The notes beneath the pieces were generated by a model. That model saw nothing but the letters and a program-made list of their open reading frames with translations, was not told the DNA's origin and made no database searches. A stretch of DNA of 64,000 bases from Camelus ferus. Taxonomy: Eukaryota. This document shows positions 13,084 through 26,739 of the stretch, one piece after another. The DNA lies in the NCBI RefSeq assembly GCF_009834535.1, contig NC_045696.1, positions 55,306,001 through 55,370,000 of the forward strand, read 5' to 3'. Position 1 is the first letter of the stretch. Each line of letters begins with the position of its first letter. The position numbers were made by a program, and so were the translations under genes.

Positions 13084-13569
13084 AAAGTTTGAGGATATCC
13101 TGGAAGACAAAAGATGGGATGGGAGAGATATCACCACCCAAACACTAGAGGTAAGAGATGCTGTTCCCAGGAAAAGCTAGAGACAAGCCTGGCAACTTGG
13201 TGCCAACAAACAACAGGGAGCAGGGAGGGGCTCTGAAGCAATCAGGGGAGTTAACTAAAGAACACTTTTTAGATCAACTGAGCCAGCAAAGTGCTGGCTC
13301 TGCTCCCAGGTATACAGAACACAAAGGGCAGAACCTTTGCGTGCTGGGATGAAGCTTTACAACAATTCTCACCAAAAAAAAAAAAAAAAAAAAAAAAAGC
13401 AATTATCTGCATAAAGGTTGACGTGTGAGTGGGCAGAGAGAAGGAACACAAAGTTTCATGCATTTCGGTACTCAGCATTAGCCCCTGAAGGAAATAAGAA
13501 GAAGGAGGAGGAATAAGAAAAGGAGGAGGGGAGGAAGAAAGAGCACTCCTTCAGAATGCCCTCCCTTCT

Positions 13570-13785
13570 TTTTTTTGAAGTATAGTCAGTTACAATGTGT
13601 CAATTTCTGGTGTACAGCATAATGTCCCAGTCATGCATACACATATGTGTATTTGCTTTCATATTCTTTTTCATTAAAGGTTATTACAAGATATTAAATA
13701 TAGTTTCTTGTGCTATGCAGAAGAAATTTGTTTTTTTAATCTATTTTTATACATAGTGGTTATCATTTGCAAATCTTAAGCTCCA
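13570..13785 (-). mobile_element. 5'-truncated L1 3'UTR with 15-bp TSD
   Basis: T-tail then gaagtatagtcagttacaatgtgtcaatttctggtgtacagc; TSD aatgcc(c/t)tcccttct at 13555-13569 and 13786-13800 (1 mismatch). Confidence 0.9.
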
Positions 13786-14049
13786 AATGCCTTCCCTTCT
13801 GACTTCAGTTGCTGTGGCACTGGCAGATGAGGTGCCTGCTTCACCCCAAGGTGCCCAGCACCTGGTCCACCCACTCACACACTCCCCTTCCACAAGAGAA
13901 GGTCCTGTTGACAGACACTAGCACAACCACAGACAAAGCCACATCAGGAATATACACTAATTCATCTGATTAATCTAGCCCTTCACCGTGTGTCTTAACC
14001 AGTAACTAGGACTCACTAGACATCTGAGTGAAACCTAGAGAGAATGCAG

Positions 14050-15400
14050 CTCCAACACAGTGACTAAATCACATAACTGACTCAATAAGAAATAGGTATT
14101 CCAGGGAGCACATGATAACTTTAAAAAGATCTGATTAGTGTGCTCTGTGATAGTAGAAAGGGTTTCATTTCTATAAAACAAGACAGATGTTGATCCAAAA
14201 GATGAAGAAAAAGGACCCCAAAAATGGAAAATGTGGAAGGAAAAGTTAAGTAACATGGAGGGTGAGTCAAGAAGTTCAACGTCTAGACTGGATAAAGAAG
14301 CTGTGGTATATTTATACAATGGAACACTACTCAGCGATTAAAAACAGTAAAATAATGCCATTTGCAGCAACATGGATGGACCTGGAAAATGTCATTCTAA
14401 GCAAAGTAAGCCAGAAAAAGAAAAATACCATATGATATCACTCATATGTGGAATCTAAAAAAAAAAGACATGAACTTATTTACAAAACAGAAACAGACTC
14501 ACTGACATAGGAAACAAACTTATGGTTACTGCGAGGGAAGGCGGTGGGAAGGGATAAATTGAGAATTCGAGATTTGCAGGTACTAACTATCACATATAAA
14601 ATAAACAAGGTCATGCTGTATAGCACAGGGAACTATATTCAATATCCAATATCTTGTAGTAACCTATAATGAAAAAGAATATGAAAAGGAATATATGTAT
14701 TTATTTATATGTATGACTGAAACATTATGCTGTACACCAGAAATTGACACATTGTAAACTGACTATACTTCAATTTTAAAAAAAGGATAAAAAAAGTCAA
14801 ACATCTATTTAATGAAACTTCCAGAAGGAGAAAACTGATGCAATGGATGTAGGTAAATAAAATATAACGAAACAAAGTCTCCCGAAGCTTGAGACAGGCA
14901 AGAATCTTCAGATGAAAAATTTCTACCAAATACCAAGTAGGATTAGCAGTAGAGCTTGATAAATTTCAGAATCTCAAGGATGAAGAAAAAAACTCTTAAA
15001 AGTTTGCCAAGAGACAATAATCACTTATAAAAGAAGGATTAAATAGTATTTTCAGTGTTTTATTTATCAGCCACTTATATAGCACTTATTACATCCCAGG
15101 GCATTTTCTAGGCACTTTAAGAAGAATAACTCCTTTAGTGATTAAAGTATCACATTCTTTCTCATCAACAAGCCTGAGTGCTAGAACACAATCAAATATC
15201 TTCAACGTTTAAAAAAAAAAATGATGTTTGAGGCCAGAATCCCATACATATTCAAAGCAGCAATCAGATGTGTGGGGAAAATAAAGGCATTTTCAACACT
15301 GAGGATTCAGAAAATTCACACGCCCCACGTGAAAAAAAAATTACGCTAAAAGCTATTCCAACAAAATTTAAAAGAGATACATAAAGACAATATAAGGCAT
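14050..15400 (+). mobile_element. Old L1/HAL1-like ORF1 relic, host to the younger L1 at 14286 and a MIR-like piece at about 15050-15140
   Basis: ORF1-type phrases: aatcttcagatgaaaa; aaatttcagaatctcaaggatgaagaaaaaactcttaaaag; gccagaatcccatac...aataaaggcattttca. Confidence 0.55.
14286..14793 (+). mobile_element. 5'-truncated L1 (ORF2 end plus 3'UTR)
   Basis: gactggataaagaag...aataatgccatttgcagcaacatggatggacctgg...gactatacttcaa plus A-tail; degenerate TSD aagttcaacgtcta / aagtcaaacatcta. Confidence 0.92.
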
Positions 15401-17310
15401 AACAACCTGGGGCAGCTGAATATGACTTAGAAGAAATGAAGAGAGTTGAAAAGAAACTAAACAGTAAACCAGCGGATCTTGACACTTGGGCTATCCTCTT
15501 TTGAGCACCGGTGATACTGCCTTCTCTATGTCCAGACATCAAGCTTGGTGTGACAATGGATAATCTATGCATGACCAGAGCACTTGCAAACACTGTCCGG
15601 AGGGTTAATTTTTCTAATAAACACTTATTCAAAGCAAGAAAAAAATGTCACCACAGAATAAAATACAAATGCAAATGAAAAAATACTAATGTAACAAAAA
15701 CTGAGGAGAGAAAAAGGGGAAGAGAGAGAAGGAAAAAAAAATGTAAGTGAAATAAATACCATGTCATTCATGTCAGGAAATCAGCAAATATCCAACAGTA
15801 ATAAATCGAGAAAAGGAAATATTAGTGATAATCTAAGATTATAAGAGTGAGCATCAGAACAACTAAAAATCAGAAAAAAGTAGTTACTGGGAGTACATGG
15901 GGACCCTGTATTTTCTCCTCAATTTTTCTGCAAACCTAAAACTACCCTAAAAAATAGTCTATCGATGAAGAAAAAAAATAGTTTCTTGTGTCGAGTAGGT
16001 AGGTGGCCTGGTGAACACTTGCCTTATGATTAATAATATGTTTAACCTTAGACTAAATATTAACATGGAAACAGGATAGAGGGTTCTTAACAAGTATATT
16101 TGATCTTTATTATGTTTTTATATATTTATCTTACCCCATAAACTCTTTGAAAGCTTATCTATCGCCTATAGTAATTAACATAGAACTTTTATTACTATGA
16201 TTTTATTACTATAATTTAAAAAATTATTAGTTACAATTTTGAAGCCCTACACGTACAAAGGCACACATTGATCACTGATGATTCTTACTAGTTTTCCACT
16301 TTCACCAGTCACTTTACGTGTGCATCTAGTCAGGACAGATTTTGTCTGGGAACAAAGGTCATCTTCATACCATCAGCTGCCTCACTGGCCCTCCTTCGCC
16401 CATGGTTCCCAGGCTCTGGACTGCTTTCCTAAACCTGTAGCCCTTCCCTGGGCCCCACTGGCAACAGCTGCATCCTTCTACATGCCTTTACTTTATGCTG
16501 CTTGTTCTCAACGTGATGGCCCTGTGTTCTCTGGTCTCTAAATGTCCGTCCTTGTTGCAAACAGACCAGCCACTTACTTGGTTACAGAATCCTAGTCTGC
16601 CTGCCTTCGGCTGATGCTGTGCCCACTTCTGAATCTGAGATTTAAAAAAAAAAAAATGGAAACAAAAGGATAGAGAGTCGGAAATTAAAGAGTGGTTTGA
16701 TCAGGAATATCTACCCCAGGGAGGCTGACGCCATCTCCTCACATCAAGCCAGGGAAAGGTGCTTAACCAGAAGCTCTCAGAGAATTTAACATGTTCTCTC
16801 TGCAGCTGGGTGGGCATAGTGATGGTGAGTAACTCATGCCTGTGAATTCCAAAAGGTAAGCGAAGTTACGGCTGGCCTCGCATAACACAAGAAAAGAGAG
16901 CTTCTCACACGGAGGCCCCAGCACTTCTGGTATTTGTGAGGGAAATGTGTGTGTGAGTGTTTCTGGTGAGCCGGGTGTGAGCTACTACGAAGCCTGCATG
17001 GAATCGTCTTGGGTCCTGAACAAGAGCCCCCGACAGGGCTAAGAGACCTCAGCCAAGAGAGGCCAGGCAGGTGGCCAGCTGCAGGCCAGGGGCCCGAGCT
17101 GGAATACAAATGCACTCAGATGTGTCAGGGGACCCACAGGGGAAAGAACCCCTATGACAGTGGGGGCAGAAAAGGATATCGGGGGCACTTCCCAAAAAAT
17201 TTATCAAGATGGCTAATGAGCCAGAGTCAGCCGCAAACCCTTGTCAAGCCCCAAAAGTACGGACACTAGCTTATAACAGTATCTATCAAGTGGGAAATTT
17301 TCTCTCTGCT

Positions 17311-17785
17311 TGTGGTAGGCAGACTTCTGAGATGACCTCCATGATTCCTGCCCGTAGGTGCCCACACTTTTGTGTGAACCCCTCTCCTTGCATGTGGGCA
17401 GAACCTGTGACTTGCTTCTAATCAACAGAATATGGCAAAGGTGAAGGGATTCTGTAAATGTGATTAAAGCCCCCAGTCAGCTGACTTTAAGTAATCCAAA
17501 GGGAGCCTCTCCTGGGTTGGCCTGGCCTAATCAGGTGAGCCCTGTAAAGAGCATCTAGAGGTCAGACACTCTCTCCTGCTGCCCTTGAAGAAGAAGAAAG
17601 CCACAACAGGTTCTACAAAGAAGAGGATGAGAACCCAGCCCAGCAGCTAGACTGCAGCCTTGAGAGACTCTGCACAAAGGACCGAGCTGTGCCTGCACTC
17701 CTGACACACAGGAGATCATGAATGCATGCTACGTTCAGCCACTAAACGTGTAGCAATTCGCTTCACAACAACAGAAAACTAATAT
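17311..17785 (+). mobile_element. MaLR solo LTR (MLT1-like)
   Basis: Starts tgtggtaggcagacttctgagatgacc; contains acctgtgacttgcttctaatcaacagaatatggcaaagg; ends acagaaaactaata. Confidence 0.85.
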
Positions 17786-19974
17786 CCTACCCTACACACC
17801 CTCCTCCATGAAAGTGGAAACCATGCTTACAAGATGAAGGAGGATGGGCTAAATTCCCAGGTGGGAAGAAGAAGGAAAAGCGCTGACCACACCCTCCACC
17901 CCTTGGAAGGCCACAACCAGCCCCACAGCATGGGAATTAATGGGCAGGGCAGGGAGCAGCGCTGCTTCCAGGTTACACCCCAAGCGTCTCGCTTGGTCCA
18001 CGTGATAGTAATTCTTCTATCATCTTATCACACGGAGATCTCCACATACCCACTTGGAACTGTCTGTGTCTGACGCTGTGTCTTTCATCCGCGCAGGTTG
18101 TCCAGTGACCCACGCTACCAGCAACCATTAAGAAGAAACCCAAAGCTTCCCAGTCCCCTCAAAAGAGTTCCTATACTCTCTCTTTGTTCCATCTTCAGCC
18201 TTTCCCTGCATTTTCCCAGCTCCTGACTCCAACTTCATTTCCTTTTTCCTAGCCCTACCGTCTTTCTTCAGACTTAATGATAGATTTATCCTCCTGGTTA
18301 GCTTTAGTCCTCCTTCATTCAGTAAGGTCCCTCTCTGGGTCCATCTAACTATGTCAATTCGGGGTAACTCTCATGCCTAACCAAGCCCTGGCCCAGCGAC
18401 CGAACTTTGGCACTGGTCCACTTAATTGGTATCCCCACCAAGACTATTACAACCTCCCAGGATGCAAGTGGGGAGGAGTGGAGGAGTATTCAACAAAAGT
18501 TGAGTGTTCTCAGCAGTCTTCTTACAGAGAGAGGAAGCACAGAAGAGTAGGCAAGAAAAGGTGTGGCCTCAAGGGACAATCTGTATGTGCACCACAGTGT
18601 ACATATGTGCACATATACACATGCTCAGACATAAATCTTGGAAGTGGAAACAGCACCACTTAAAGAGATGTTGCATTTGGTGACTGCAAAGGTGCATTTG
18701 TTCTTCTGGGTTCATTGTGAATCTAAAGGGCCCAGCCCAAGAGAGGAGTGTCACAGATACTGAGGGTTTCAAAGGGCCTTGAAGGTAACTCCAGGGGAGA
18801 CCTACAGAATAAAAGATGGTGGAAGACAACACACGCTACTGTGAATGCAGACCCAAACCCTACTGCTGTCGCCAAGGGGGAGCCAGGGAGCAGTGATGTC
18901 GCCAGTCCTCAACCTGATCTCTGAGAGGGCAGGGATCTTCTTGTGTGAACCACTCTGTCCTCACACCGGGAGGAGGGCTCAGCCTTTGGTCTGTGTTCCA
19001 TAAATGTCTATGAAAGGGATGAATGGCTGAAGTAGCTCATTCAGCCCACCAGCCCCATACTAGTTCCAAGATGACTGACAAGTGTAGAGCATTGTTTAAC
19101 GAGTGGACACGCACTTGGCCCTCCCCGTGTTCTCTCCTTTTGCCTCTGTCCTTCCCTCTGCCTTTCCTTCTGTCTGCTTCAGTTCTGTTTACCTCAGTGT
19201 CAGTGCCTCCACCTCTCTATGCCCTTCACCTCTCTGGTGGAGCTTCCTGGGACGGCTCTAGTCCTACTGTCTCGATTTTCCTTCTCTCTCCCTTCATGCC
19301 TCTGTTTTACACCCCTCCTTCCCTCTTTCTCTCCCCTTCTCCCACTTCCTGTTATCCCTTTCTTCATCCTTGCTTTCTCCTTTTGCACCTCTTCCTCCCA
19401 GCCCCTCAGTGCATGTGCCCATCCCTTTCATCCATCCCTCTCCCTACCATTGCCCAGCCACAGTGTTAGTTTGAAGTACATTTTATTTGTGATGTCTACT
19501 GATTAAAGTTTTCTGTTCCCTGTTCTTAATTAACTTATCATTCATCCTGCACCCGTATATTGCTGTTGTATATTTCAAACAATAGCTATATTGCTGATAA
19601 AGCTATTTGTAAATCAGCATTCTGTAAATGGAATTATATTTCAAATGTACTAGAAGAACTTACCAGATAAAAGAATCCTTTGATGAAAAATTCAACAATT
19701 CTCAGTAATGCATATTTTTGTAAATCTGAGGTTTCAGATAATGGCCATGTGAAATAAAACAAGCTCAATTTAATGCCACCAACCACAATCATTCTGCCCC
19801 AGTTTGGGTTGATCTCTTCAAGATAGCTATTAGCTCTCAAAAAAGTCTGTAGAAGAGACTAAACAATTACCCTTGGGAGACTCTTCTTTATGAAAATGTA
19901 AGTACTGGAAGATGAAGGAGGAATGAGAATATGGTCAAAGTCGGCAAATTTATAAAAGGTAAAAATACGAAGAA

Positions 19975-20465
19975 CGTTCATTCATTACAAATATGCACAT
20001 ACAGTTACTGTTAGATTCCAGACACTCTGGTAGGTACTGAGGATAAAAATCTGAGTAAGACATAGTGCTTGCCCTCAAGGATTCACATCTTGTAGGGGAC
20101 CAAGACACATAACTAAGTAATTTCAAAACAATGTATGAGTTTTATAAATAATAATAGCATGTTTATTAAAAGCGGGGGTGCTCAGCAGTGGCACCAAGTG
20201 GGGAAAACTTCACAAGAGCAGAAACTTCGTGTGTTTGTTTGCTGTTTTACAGTCAGTGCCAAGCACGGGCCCTACTTACCTTAGACGCCCAACAAACATT
20301 TGTTGTTAAACTACTGTGTGATCCACTTTGCTGTGGTGGGAGTTGAAGGAGGCAAATAAATAAAGGCTTCATGGAGGAGAAGATGTGCAAACCAGGCCTT
20401 CGAAGGGAACAGACGTTCTGCAGAAAGACATGGATGGAATCGGTATTGGGTAGAAGAAGCCATGA
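19975..20465 (-). mobile_element. L2 fragments
   Basis: ttcattcatt...ggtactgaggataaaaatctgagtaagacatagtgcttgccctcaagg; aaggcttcatggaggagaag. Confidence 0.65.
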
Positions 20466-20517
20466 ATGTAAAGTACAGAGATGAGAGAGAACACTGAACC
20501 TTCAACAACTAAATTTC

Positions 20518-20959
20518 TCCAGGTCCATCCATGACCTGGAGAATGTCATCTAAGTGAAGGAAGCCAGAAAGAGAAAGAAAAATACCATATGACATCACTT
20601 ACATGTGGAAACTTAAAAAAAAAAAAAAAAAAGACAAACAAACTTATTTACAAAACAGAAACAGACTCACAGACATAGAAAACAAACTTATTGGTTACAA
20701 GGGGGAAAGGCGGTGGGAAGGGATAAATTGGGAGTTCGAGATTTGAGATACTAACTAATATATATAAAATAGATAAACAAGTTTATACTGTGTAGCACAG
20801 GGAACTATATTCAATATCTTGTAGTAACTTAAAGTGAGAAAGAATATGAAAATGAATATATGTGTGTTCCTGTATGACTGAAGTACTGTGCTGTACACCA
20901 GAAACTGACACAACATTGTAAACTGACTATACGTCAACAAAAATATTGAATAAAAAAAG
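20518..20959 (+). mobile_element. 5'-truncated L1 with 15-nt 5' inversion, 11-bp TSD
   Basis: TSD aactaaatttc at 20507-20517 and 20960-20970; body gacctggagaatgtc...aaacagactcacagacatag...gactatacgtcaa plus A-tail. Confidence 0.92.
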
Positions 20960-23299
20960 AACTAAATTTCAAGCCAGCACATGTCATTCACAAAAGCCCT
21001 CTCTTGTATTATCAACAGGAAAGATAACTTAATTCTTTTATGTACAGTTCAACATTTTGTTTTTTCCCTTTATGCCTTTTTCTGTTCTTACCATTGAGTT
21101 GCTTCCTGTCTTTCTTACAACTCTTCGCCCTAATTGGTCCCTCCAGGGTCTCTCTGCTTACTAATCCTTCCCACTGCCAGGCCTTTGTATACTCTTTAGT
21201 CACTGTCTTACCACAATTGTTTGAGGCAGTTCCCCACCATGTATGTTAGGGCACAAATATGCTACTCATTCTAAATACAACCTTGGTTGTTCTGTAGGAC
21301 TTGGTAGACATGGTATATCACTATGCGGGTTTCCCTGGGTAGCATGATCTTACATCCAGAATTTACCAGGACAATCTTCATTTCAAACACTCGCTAAGTC
21401 CCTAAAGTTTGAATATTTCATCCCCTATCTCTGTCTCCCAGTCCAATCTCACAACATGAAGCAGCACAAAATTCTTTTCCTAGACCATGTGTCACACACA
21501 ATTTTTGCTTCAGAAAATCTGAAGGCCAGATTCAAGGAGTCTACATCTTCTGTGACAACTTACATGTCCTAATGTTTGCTGCAACAGCTTCCCTACTTCA
21601 TCAAGGCTGCTCTCGAAGAGGAGATGTGCGTTTGTTAATAGTCGTGAGCCTATCAGCTGGAAACTGGAGGTCCTCAGCATAGCCCTTAGGAAGGGCAGGA
21701 CATACAGACGCTAAGGCAGGACATCCAGCATGTGGGCTTTGCAGCCAGATAAGCCTAAATGCCACCTCTACCACCTACGAACTGAATCAGGGCCTTCCAC
21801 TGAGCTGGTCTTGGCCATCTAAGGGCTCTTCCTCCTCCACCTAGGGATGAAATGGAGCCAAGAGGTTCTCTCCTAGCAGTCAGAGTTTGTCACCCAACAG
21901 TAGGTAATGCAATGAGTGCCTGTGACCATCCCCACCCCAAGGCCGCCTCCTGCCAAGAACCATACGTGCTTGGTACCACCTTCATTCAGAGGCGTGGCCC
22001 ACACACGAACCCTTGTCTCCTCTGATTAGTCTCCCATTGACTCTCCCTGCTCCAGGGTCCCGGAGCAATAATATCCCAAAGCGAACCTCTGACCCACACA
22101 GCCCCTGCACCAGGGGTCCTAACTTGTCTCTGACCCTCAGGGATGCTGCACAACGTCACGTAACTGTGTCCTGCACAGATGTGCCCAGCCCAGTTGAGGA
22201 CAGCACTCCTCTACAGTCACGCACCTGCAAGGGGGTATCTTTTCCTAAATCTCACAGACCCTGGATGTGCCAGGAGCAGCCCTTCTTCCGTGTGAGTTAG
22301 CGTCCTCCAAGCAGCTGCCCCAATCCTGCCTAGCTCAGCACCCAGCCCCACCACCTGCTCAGGCCCCCTTCTCCTTCCCTTGCTCGCCCTCCCTGCCTCC
22401 CCCAGTGTCTCCTTGCTCATCTTTCCCTCCCATTTATTCTCTCTACTCCCCTTTCATTCCCTTCACATGCCTTGGTCATTGTATGAAAACATAAAGGCCA
22501 TACATTTATCATGAGTTACACCACATCCTCTTAATTCTGACTCTGAGTGACTCCAAGGCAGCCGCCTGAAGCCCAGGCACAGCAACGTGTGGGCAGTCAT
22601 TTTCCAAGAACTAAAATACACACTCAATTTACATGACGATTTGCATTTGTGTATAAGTTACACATCAATATGTATCCTCCCAAGACAGTGAGTTCCTAAA
22701 ATGATTTTGCTACTTTCAAACTTGTCATTGCTCAGTTTTTCTTCTCTCCCCCCTGTGACAGCACCCACGCAGGCATTCTCATTCCTCAGCAGAGAGTGCG
22801 GAAAAAGAGGGGAAGAAAGAAGGAACAGGATAAGAGTGAAATAGGGGAGAAAATGGAACAAAGGTGGAGATAAAGATGAGAAAAGGAAACTATCAATAAA
22901 ATAAACATTTTTGAGTGATTAAATCAAGGCTACCACTGTAATGAGCTTATAATGAGGATTCAACACAGTCTAATCTAACTCAAAGAAAGAAAGCAAAATA
23001 ACATATAAAATCAGACACACGCAGCCTCTCCATAATTTCCTACTTATTCCAGCTAAAAACTATGAAAGCTTCAATTCTGCAGACAGCTTCTGTAATAGGC
23101 CACTTCGGCATGTGTATGTGTAGATTCAGCCTTTTAACAGTAGGCAAATGTCACAAAAAACTTCAGCTACAACTGTTTTGCGCCCATATTAAACTGACTT
23201 TCTATGGGCACTGGAGAAGGATCAAGCAAGACAGAGTGTGTCAATAGACAATACTGGTCCTGTGAAGGAACTTCACTGAGAACTTCTCTCCCTCACCCC

Positions 23300-23722
23300 A
23301 CCCAACCCTGGCTCTGATCTCTAGGCAACAGTGAATTCACTGTAGGATTCCTACACCCGTGACCAATCACATTCCTTCTCCAAGGAATCTGAACTCAGGA
23401 TTCAGATATGCTAGGGAGCCTGAGCTCTTCACCTGAACCCAGGAGCTGAGTTTGCCCTCAGGGCACAGCCAACTTCAGCAGGCAGAAAGAAACAAAAAAT
23501 AACAACAGAGCGAGAGAGAAACACAGCAGACGGGAGAGCTGGAGGTTTAAAATGTGCCTGTGCCAAGGTTCTGACAGATTCCTAGTTCCAGGCTGCAGTC
23601 CTGTTTTCTGCCCTTGAAAACTCAGAGACACCCATGTGTCCTTATAATAAACTCCACCTTTCTGCTCCAGCCAGTTTGGGTAGGTTTCTGTTATTTGCAC
23701 CAAAAGAACTTAATTAAGATTA
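23300..23722 (+). mobile_element. Old MaLR LTR (MLT1J/K-like)
   Basis: ccaatcacattcc...aataaactccacctttctgctccagccagtttgggtaggtttctgttatttgcaccaaaaga. Confidence 0.65.
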
Positions 23723-24709
23723 TTTAATCAAATTAATTCTGAGGCATAGTCCAATTTGATTTTGAATTTCTAATAATTATTTTTAATATACTTGATGTGT
23801 TTGGCAACTGATAGGATTTTTTTCTTTTTCTACTAAATAAATTTGAATTCTTTAGGAGACAGTTTGTCTGAGGAACTTTTCTTAACTGTTATCTTTTCAG
23901 CCATAAAAATTTCAGATACTGTAGGGACACGTATCACTTTGCGCTGCACAAAGGATTATGACTTTGTGAATTGCACATCTTAGGAAATAAAATACAGTGA
24001 AGTTCAATAGAATTCTCACCCATGGGTCTCCCTTCTTCAGTTCTGCCGTCAAAATACCAATACCTCATTAAATGTGAACAAACATTGGCAAAGTGCTAAT
24101 TCAGTTAATAAATGCATGGAAAGAGCAAAGGCACAAATAATGAAAAAAGCGGCAAAAAGGAGGCAATAATAATAGAAAGGAATAGATTTGATCAACTCTG
24201 CAGGGCAGGTAGCAGGCTTGGTAAGTAATTTATTACAGTAGGAAAAAAAAAAAGTGGAACATGGTAGAGGAGCAGCAAAATCTGGAGGAGGAATCTGAAC
24301 TGGCCAGAACAGGGCTGTTCTCTAGGCCATGCTTATGTGGGGTATCCACGATTTAATATCAGAATCCCATTATGAATTCTTTCTACTTGGTCTATTACCA
24401 CAGGGCAAAGCTGATGTATGATAAAATGCACATCCTTCACACTGCCCAATGTTGAACCAGTAACTCTACACTAATTTTTTTATGCTTCAACAAAGTATGT
24501 TGCAAACTCATAATAGTAACTTATACAATAATGCATGCAATGTTCACCTGATGATAGGAACAGACAAGGAGCTACACATATGAATAAGGGACACAAGCCC
24601 TGCCTTTAGTTGATACAGGTTTTAGCTCAGTCCATGTTCACGCCCTACTTTCTCCACTCACAGCTAAGAATATAACTAATGTTGGACTGAAAACCACAGA
24701 ACCATGGTT

Positions 24710-24950
24710 ATCATTATTAATATTCAGTGTCTACTCTATGCCAGGGACTGTATTGGGTGCTTTATATATATTATATGTATATATAAGACATAGAATTCTC
24801 TTTGTAACTCTACAAGGTAGGTATTACTCTACCTATTTTACAGACAGGCAAATTGAGAGTCAAGGAATTTAAGTAACTTGCCCAAATCACACAGTAATTA
24901 AATGAAGGAGCCAGGATTGAATTCAAGTCTCTCTCAATCCAGAGTCTATA
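24710..24950 (-). mobile_element. MIR SINE
   Basis: ctatgccagggactgtattgggtgctttat...cctattttacagacaggcaaattgagagtc...aagtaacttgcccaa. Confidence 0.85.
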
Positions 24951-26739
24951 TATTTCTATCTTCTCTGGATTCAACATAAACTAGACTAAACTCTCTGAAA
25001 AATGGAAAGTAAGTCATTTGCTCAATCACTGTTGCTTATTCAGTAACTTTTTTTAAAATTGCGTTTTGAGTGTCTACTACCATGGTGCATGACTTCAAGG
25101 GGCACCACTCACGATGTATCCCGCATTAATGTCTTCCCCTCAGCACACCAAAGTGACTGCTGTCCCAGAAGTGCACAACCTACAGACTCTGTCTACCGTC
25201 GGACAAGGCATTCTGAATGACATGGAAGTAAGGAAGAAGCTGACTGTCGACTGTGGGGATAAAGAAAACCCTAGTTAACCTTAAAACAAAAGAAACTATA
25301 ATAACTCCTCAAGAAAGGTAAAAATACAGTGAACATTCCAAACGAAGCGTCCAGCTTCCCAAAGAGCTGCTTGAGAAGATTAATAAAGGAGCCCTTTGAA
25401 TCCCAGGAGCAATTTGCTGATTTGACTGCACAGCTGGCCTGATGTGGCGCACTGCTGCCAAACACATTCAAAGACACCACAAGACAGACACCACAAGGAA
25501 GCGAAGTGATTGGGAAAACATTTTTACATTTTTTAATCTTCTGTGTTGATTTATCTTTCCCCGTGATGTAAGTGGAAGTAAGGCATTCTCCCGTATCCTT
25601 CCAATTTCACCCCCTCCCCAACTAGCACACATACACATATACACACACTACCATTTAAATTTACAATTCATCCGTGTTCCTCTTCATTCAGGTTTCAGTG
25701 ACTCAATTTTAGGGAATGCAAATCTGGGTTCTCTTACTACCTGCCCTAGCTCAATAATCATTTGTCAGTATACAGACTATACATGAACATACATGAAATT
25801 AAAGGACATTTGAAAAGATCTGTGGGTCTAAGAGGAGATATTAGGGAATATTAAAATGTAATGAATCCGTATTTGGACACCAAGTAAACTTCCCTTCATG
25901 TTATTTCTTTGGCTCATGGGTATCTGATAATGCACTTATGCCTATAAAGTTACATATATTAAGTCAGGGATCCAATTTTGATTTTTTTTCATGTATCTAA
26001 TATGATCTATTGCTACAGTTCTATAAATATATTAAATTGATGCTAATCACAGATATACATGAAAACACATACGCACACAAGTCCCCCACCCAGAGATAAA
26101 CTGCATCTGTTCCTCATCCACCCTTCCATTGGTATCTAAGTTTTTACTGTTACCGAGGAAGGAAGGTACTAATTTTTTGCTCTAGTAGTCAGAAGATTAG
26201 AAGCATTAAAACAGATGCACCACAGTCATGTTTACTTGAAGTTTTTCTTTTTTTATCTGAAGACCAAAAGGAAGCAAATCTAATGGGTAGATACATGAAT
26301 CAAGGCTGCATTCTCAAACAGATTATTTTCTTGCTGCTGACTTTTCTCCCTGACTCTAGCCAACACCTCATCTTTGCAAATACAGGGTGTGTTTTATAAC
26401 AAATCTCAGGAAATCCTCACTGTCACTCAGCCATCCAGGGAGCAGCCCTCCGTGGCATGGCATGTCCCTACACAGGTGGCTACGCCTGCTGAGAAGACAT
26501 CCGAGGCTCCCCAGTGGGAAGAAAAACTACAAAACAGAAGGCTTTAAAGTAGAATAAAGATTTCAGTGACAGAGGCTAGTAGTTAGAGGAAGAAGAGCAC
26601 TCAGAGAAGACAGGGACTAGACCCAGAAGCTGACTGTCCTCTTTAGTACAAAGGGAAATGCAGGTAAGTGGCACCTCGGAGCAAATCAACCCCACTGGAT
26701 CCTTAGAAATCTGAGCTTCATAAAATACAGATTCCAGGG

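Noticed and set aside
19023..19506. 148-aa and 95-aa ORFs
   Set aside because: Pyrimidine-rich low-complexity DNA gives Leu/Ser/Pro/Phe-rich stop-poor frames; no recognisable protein
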